Source of the DNA: the human T2T-CHM13v2.0 reference genome, Homo sapiens
Assembly (NCBI RefSeq): GCF_009914755.1
Contig: NC_060932.1
Length of the DNA stretch: 64,000 bases
Direction: 5' to 3' (one strand)
Part shown: piece after piece, positions 60,104 to 64,000 of the stretch
Layout: every line of letters starts with the position of its first letter
Numbering within the stretch: position 1 is the stretch's first letter
Notes under the pieces: generated by a model
The model's database searches: none
What the model was told of the DNA's origin: nothing
The model's input: only the letters and a program-made list of their open reading frames with translations
Translations under genes and position numbers: made by a program

Positions 60104-61499
60104 TAAATTTCTTTTTATTTTAAAAGTTCTTTTCCCCTAGATTTTGAGATTTAGCTCTTGGCATAGTGGTATGTGTGAATTCAGTATTAGAAGTAAAATC
60201 TGACACCAAAAGTTTAAGGTCTTTTAAGGCCAATGAGATCTTCCACTTAGAGCCAGAAAAGGGGAGAGTGCCTCACATCATCCATTTTACTGAAGAATAA
60301 ACAGCCTTTTCTTTTCCCCGACAAGTTAGTTCTTCGCATCCTCTGTAGCTTTGAATTCTAATGAATATTCAGGCTGTTCATAATGAATGAATTTTTATGT
60401 TTCTCTCAAACATAGAGCATTTTTCTTTTGAGACAGAAAATCCTCATTCCTATAATGGCACGATGAGCCTTTTATTAGTCAGAATGTTCCCTTGTTAATC
60501 AACTTGTGACAAACCTGGAGTTGAATAAACCCAGTAGCAGGAATTTTCCCCAAGGATGGTTTCTCAGAAGATTGTACTGAGCAGTGCAGATGCAATAACC
60601 AGCCAGTACTCAGTTGTTTCAAATTACACATCCTGTGCCTGTATGATCATTTTCATCTCTTTATAAATGATGCCCGAAATTATTTATGCAATTAATTTGC
60701 AAAATAAAAAGACAACTGTGTAATGAAAATTGTTTTCAGAACTAAAGGGCATTCACACCAAAAAAAAAAAAAAAAAAAGTATGCTGCTACGTATACCGTT
60801 ACGCTGATGCTAATTTTGAGAATACCAGTATGAATCCATGTATTTATCAAAATGCTAGACAATTAATGTTTTGTTTAAAAATGTGTAAGCGTATTTAGTG
60901 ATAGAAATAAAATTTTGTATATTTTTAATTTTCCATCTAGTCTTTTAGAAAGGTTTTGATAGTAGTTTCAAAATCTGTCTTTATGTAGTGAGCAGACTCT
61001 GTGTTCTTTTTATAGTCAGAAAATATTTCAAAAAATAATTATATTAAAAGGAGAGTCTCATTGGGTATAGGAAGATCAAGCTGTGTTTTTCTTGGGCACA
61101 GCTGGAAGCCACGGGTGTTTGTGTCCACTCACTTAAGCCTGCTTTATTTCACGAAAGAATCAAAAGGATCAGAATCTTCTGCCAGCTGGAGTAGTTGCTA
61201 TCTCAGTCCAGGGCTGTGCCTGGGAATCTTGCACCCTGACATCCATTTCCTTAGTAACACCTTATGAATCTGTCATCCCTGAATTTAGCTAAACTATTTC
61301 TGAAGTTTATTTTTTTTCTGGCTCATATCATTTCTTGAGATAAGTGATTCAATACATTTTCTGCTGGTTATATAAAGTAGCACTTAATGTTTCTAAATGC
61401 ATGCCTTCAAAATTTCAATGGGCGCACTTTTGTTCTAACATTTGATCAGTAAATTTTTTGTGTCTTTCTTTTATTGGTACTCTTTTGGTGATAAGGCAC

Positions 61500-61950
61500 T
61501 TTGAGAAAATCTTACAAATAGAAGGGAGCTTAGAGATCATGATGGTACAAATCCTCTTGTTTTAAAAGAATATCTCCTATTTATCTATGAAGGCTGTTTA
61601 TTTTGTTCCTACTTTAGTGACAGCTCTAACTGTTAGAAAATCTCTGTGTTGATCCCAAATCTGCCCATCACTGCCCTTGCGACATCCACCACTGCCTTGC
61701 GACATCACCTAAAGATCCTAGTTTTATATTTGGAGCTACATAGGACTGTCAGTCCTTTACAACATAACGCTGTTTGAAAGTATTCATGATTTCCTGACTT
61801 TTCTATACCTACAAATATGACTCTCTGAAACAACCTCTCAGATGTGGTGTCCTCAGGGTCTCTCATTCTCTTAGTTGCTTGTTGCTAGATATTCTTCAGG
61901 TTGTCAGTGTCTCTCTTAAGCACAACTGTCTAGACTGGTGTATATGAACT
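61500..61950 (-). mobile_element. L3/CR1 or MIR3-like remnant
   Basis: gaagggagcttagagatcat and cagctctaactgttagaaa motifs. Confidence 0.5.
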
Positions 61951-62433
61951 GCAGGGTCCTGTGTTTCTCTATTTCTATATGATCTGGCACTTCCTTTTGC
62001 CTTCATCTAAATGACTTTATTCCGTCTCCCTGCCTAGGAATCATGGATTCATATACCTGGACCTTGCTCAGATTGATTGATCTTTCTTCTACATACATTC
62101 CTTATTCAGTTTTCATAAATAACAGCAAGAATATGTATGTAATTTCTTCCTCTTTTTAAGCTGTAACTGAATCCTCATGGCAAAGCTCAGCCCTCTCTTT
62201 TCTGTGCTTTGCCACCCTTTGGTTCATTTGTCTACTTGAATTCATCACAATGGAGTATAACTGATATACGTCTATCTCCCTTTTTAGGCTGTTCTTCATG
62301 GGCCAGGGAAAATAAACAAAATTTATATATAGCTGTATACACGCAGTATAGCTCTTAAAACGTAGTAAACACTCAGTGAAGTTTCTTTAAGCATATCACA
62401 TAGGTTAAAATTGCAGAATGGTGAATAAAATGA

Positions 62434-62595
<162 letters not shown>

Positions 62596-63094
62596 TGATA
62601 TGTGTTGCTAGATCCAGTGAGAGCCAAGGAATAGCATCAATATGGAGTAAAAATCTGTGGGATACCTCTGTTAGCATCCCCAGGCGAGGAAGCAAGAGTC
62701 CTTTGATGAAAATAAAAGTGAGAGCTGGGATCAGCTTGTGTTTGGGGAAGTACTGCTAATGCCCCCTCGTGGTTGATTATGAATTATCTGTGAGACCCCA
62801 CAGGTTCCTAGCGAGAGAGGAGCTTCTGCCAGAGTTCTTCACTGCTTTATAGCCCCAGTTCCCTAGGGTGTCCTTTACTTCTGCTGACAGAGCTGTAAGT
62901 AGGGCAGTAACAGGAAGGAAGAAAATCGTGGATATGGTAGAAAATAAGTGTAAAATTTAACATTTCTCCTACATACATTTCTTATTTTGTTTTCATAAAA
63001 ACAACAAGAATATGTGTTTAATTTCTTTAGGTTAGCAGAAACAAATGCATATTTTGGCTGTCACGGGCAAACTAATCGCTAGTGAGGAGCAGAT

Positions 63095-64000
63095 TATAAT
63101 TGTGCGATTCAGTGATATTTAGCAGAGTGTGGAGTTGCACAGCCATCCCCCAAATTCATTTTTAGATCATTTTTGTCACCTCAGAAAGACCTTCATGTCC
63201 CTTTACAGCCTATCTCTGTACCCACCGTTAGCACCAGGCATACACTGATTTGTTTTCATCTCTATAGATTGCCTTTTCTGGATATTTTATAGAAGTGGAC
63301 TCATACAATGCAATCTTTTGTGCCTGACTTCTTTAACTTAGTAAAATGTTTTCGAAGTTCATTCTTGCTATAGAATGTATCCATTTTCTTTCATTTTAAT
63401 TGCAAAATACTGTTCCATTGTATGGATATGCTGTATTTTGTTTATCTATTTGCCAGTTAGTGAAAATTGGGTCTGGTTCCAGTTTGGGCTCCTATAAATA
63501 ATGCTGTTATCAGCATTTATGTTCAAGTCTTTGAATGGACCTAATGTTTTTATTCTTTTGGGTAGACATTAAACGTGGAATTGATGCCTGTGTTGTATGA
63601 TAAGCTCATATTTAACTAATTAAGAAACTGCCAAACTATTTGTCACTGTGGCTGTGCCATATTTACTGGCAATGCATGAGGATTCCAGTTTCTCTATATC
63701 TTTGCCAACACTTGGCATTTTCAGTTTTTCTGATTATAGCCATGCTAGTGGGTGTGTAGTGCTATCTCATGGTGGTTTAAATTTGTATTTTGCCAGTGAC
63801 TAATTACATTAAGCATGCTTTCATGTGCTTATTAACTCTTCATGTCTCCTTTAGTGAAATGTTTATTCAAATCTTTTACCCATTTAAAAATTGGGATGTT
63901 TATTGTATATTGAGCTGTAAATGTTTGTTATTTCAGATATAAGTCCTATATCAGGTATACAATATGCAAATATTTCCTCTCAGTGTTGTTTGTCTGTTCA
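63095..64000 (-). mobile_element. L1M (MB-like) 3' region, running off the window
   Basis: agttgcacagccatc...tctatagattgccttttctggatattt...gaaactgccaaact...tcagatataagtcc. Confidence 0.88.

Noticed and set aside
60760-60778. Isolated poly(A) run as a processed-pseudogene tail
   Set aside because: No TSD or upstream mRNA-like body recognised.

Overview
Primate, almost certainly human, genomic DNA from the 5' part of PREX2 (P-Rex2 Rac-GEF, + strand). Bases 1-58271 are the distal part of the long first intron. Three phase-0 coding exons of the DH domain follow (58272-58343, 59975-60097, 62461-62565). The rest is intronic sequence full of repeats: about 17 Alu/FLAM copies, L1PA and L1M fragments, L2, MIR, L3, MaLR and MER21 LTRs, MER5/MER44/MADE1 DNA transposons and microsatellites. 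None of the ORFs in the supplied track is a credible gene, and I see no new protein-coding or RNA system. The most unusual signal is a cluster of templated-insertion scars at 36.0-38.3 kb. There, a MADE1 mariner element has duplicated its own core and captured a 142-bp copy of sequence from 1.4 kb upstream, and 500 bp further on lies a patchwork of inverted and direct local copies of similar divergence. Also notable are a 66-bp direct repeat bracketing exon 4, a GA microsatellite turned into a 45/90-bp higher-order VNTR, and inverted Alus bracketing exon 2. Repeat subfamily names come from remembered consensus sequences and need RepeatMasker/Dfam confirmation.
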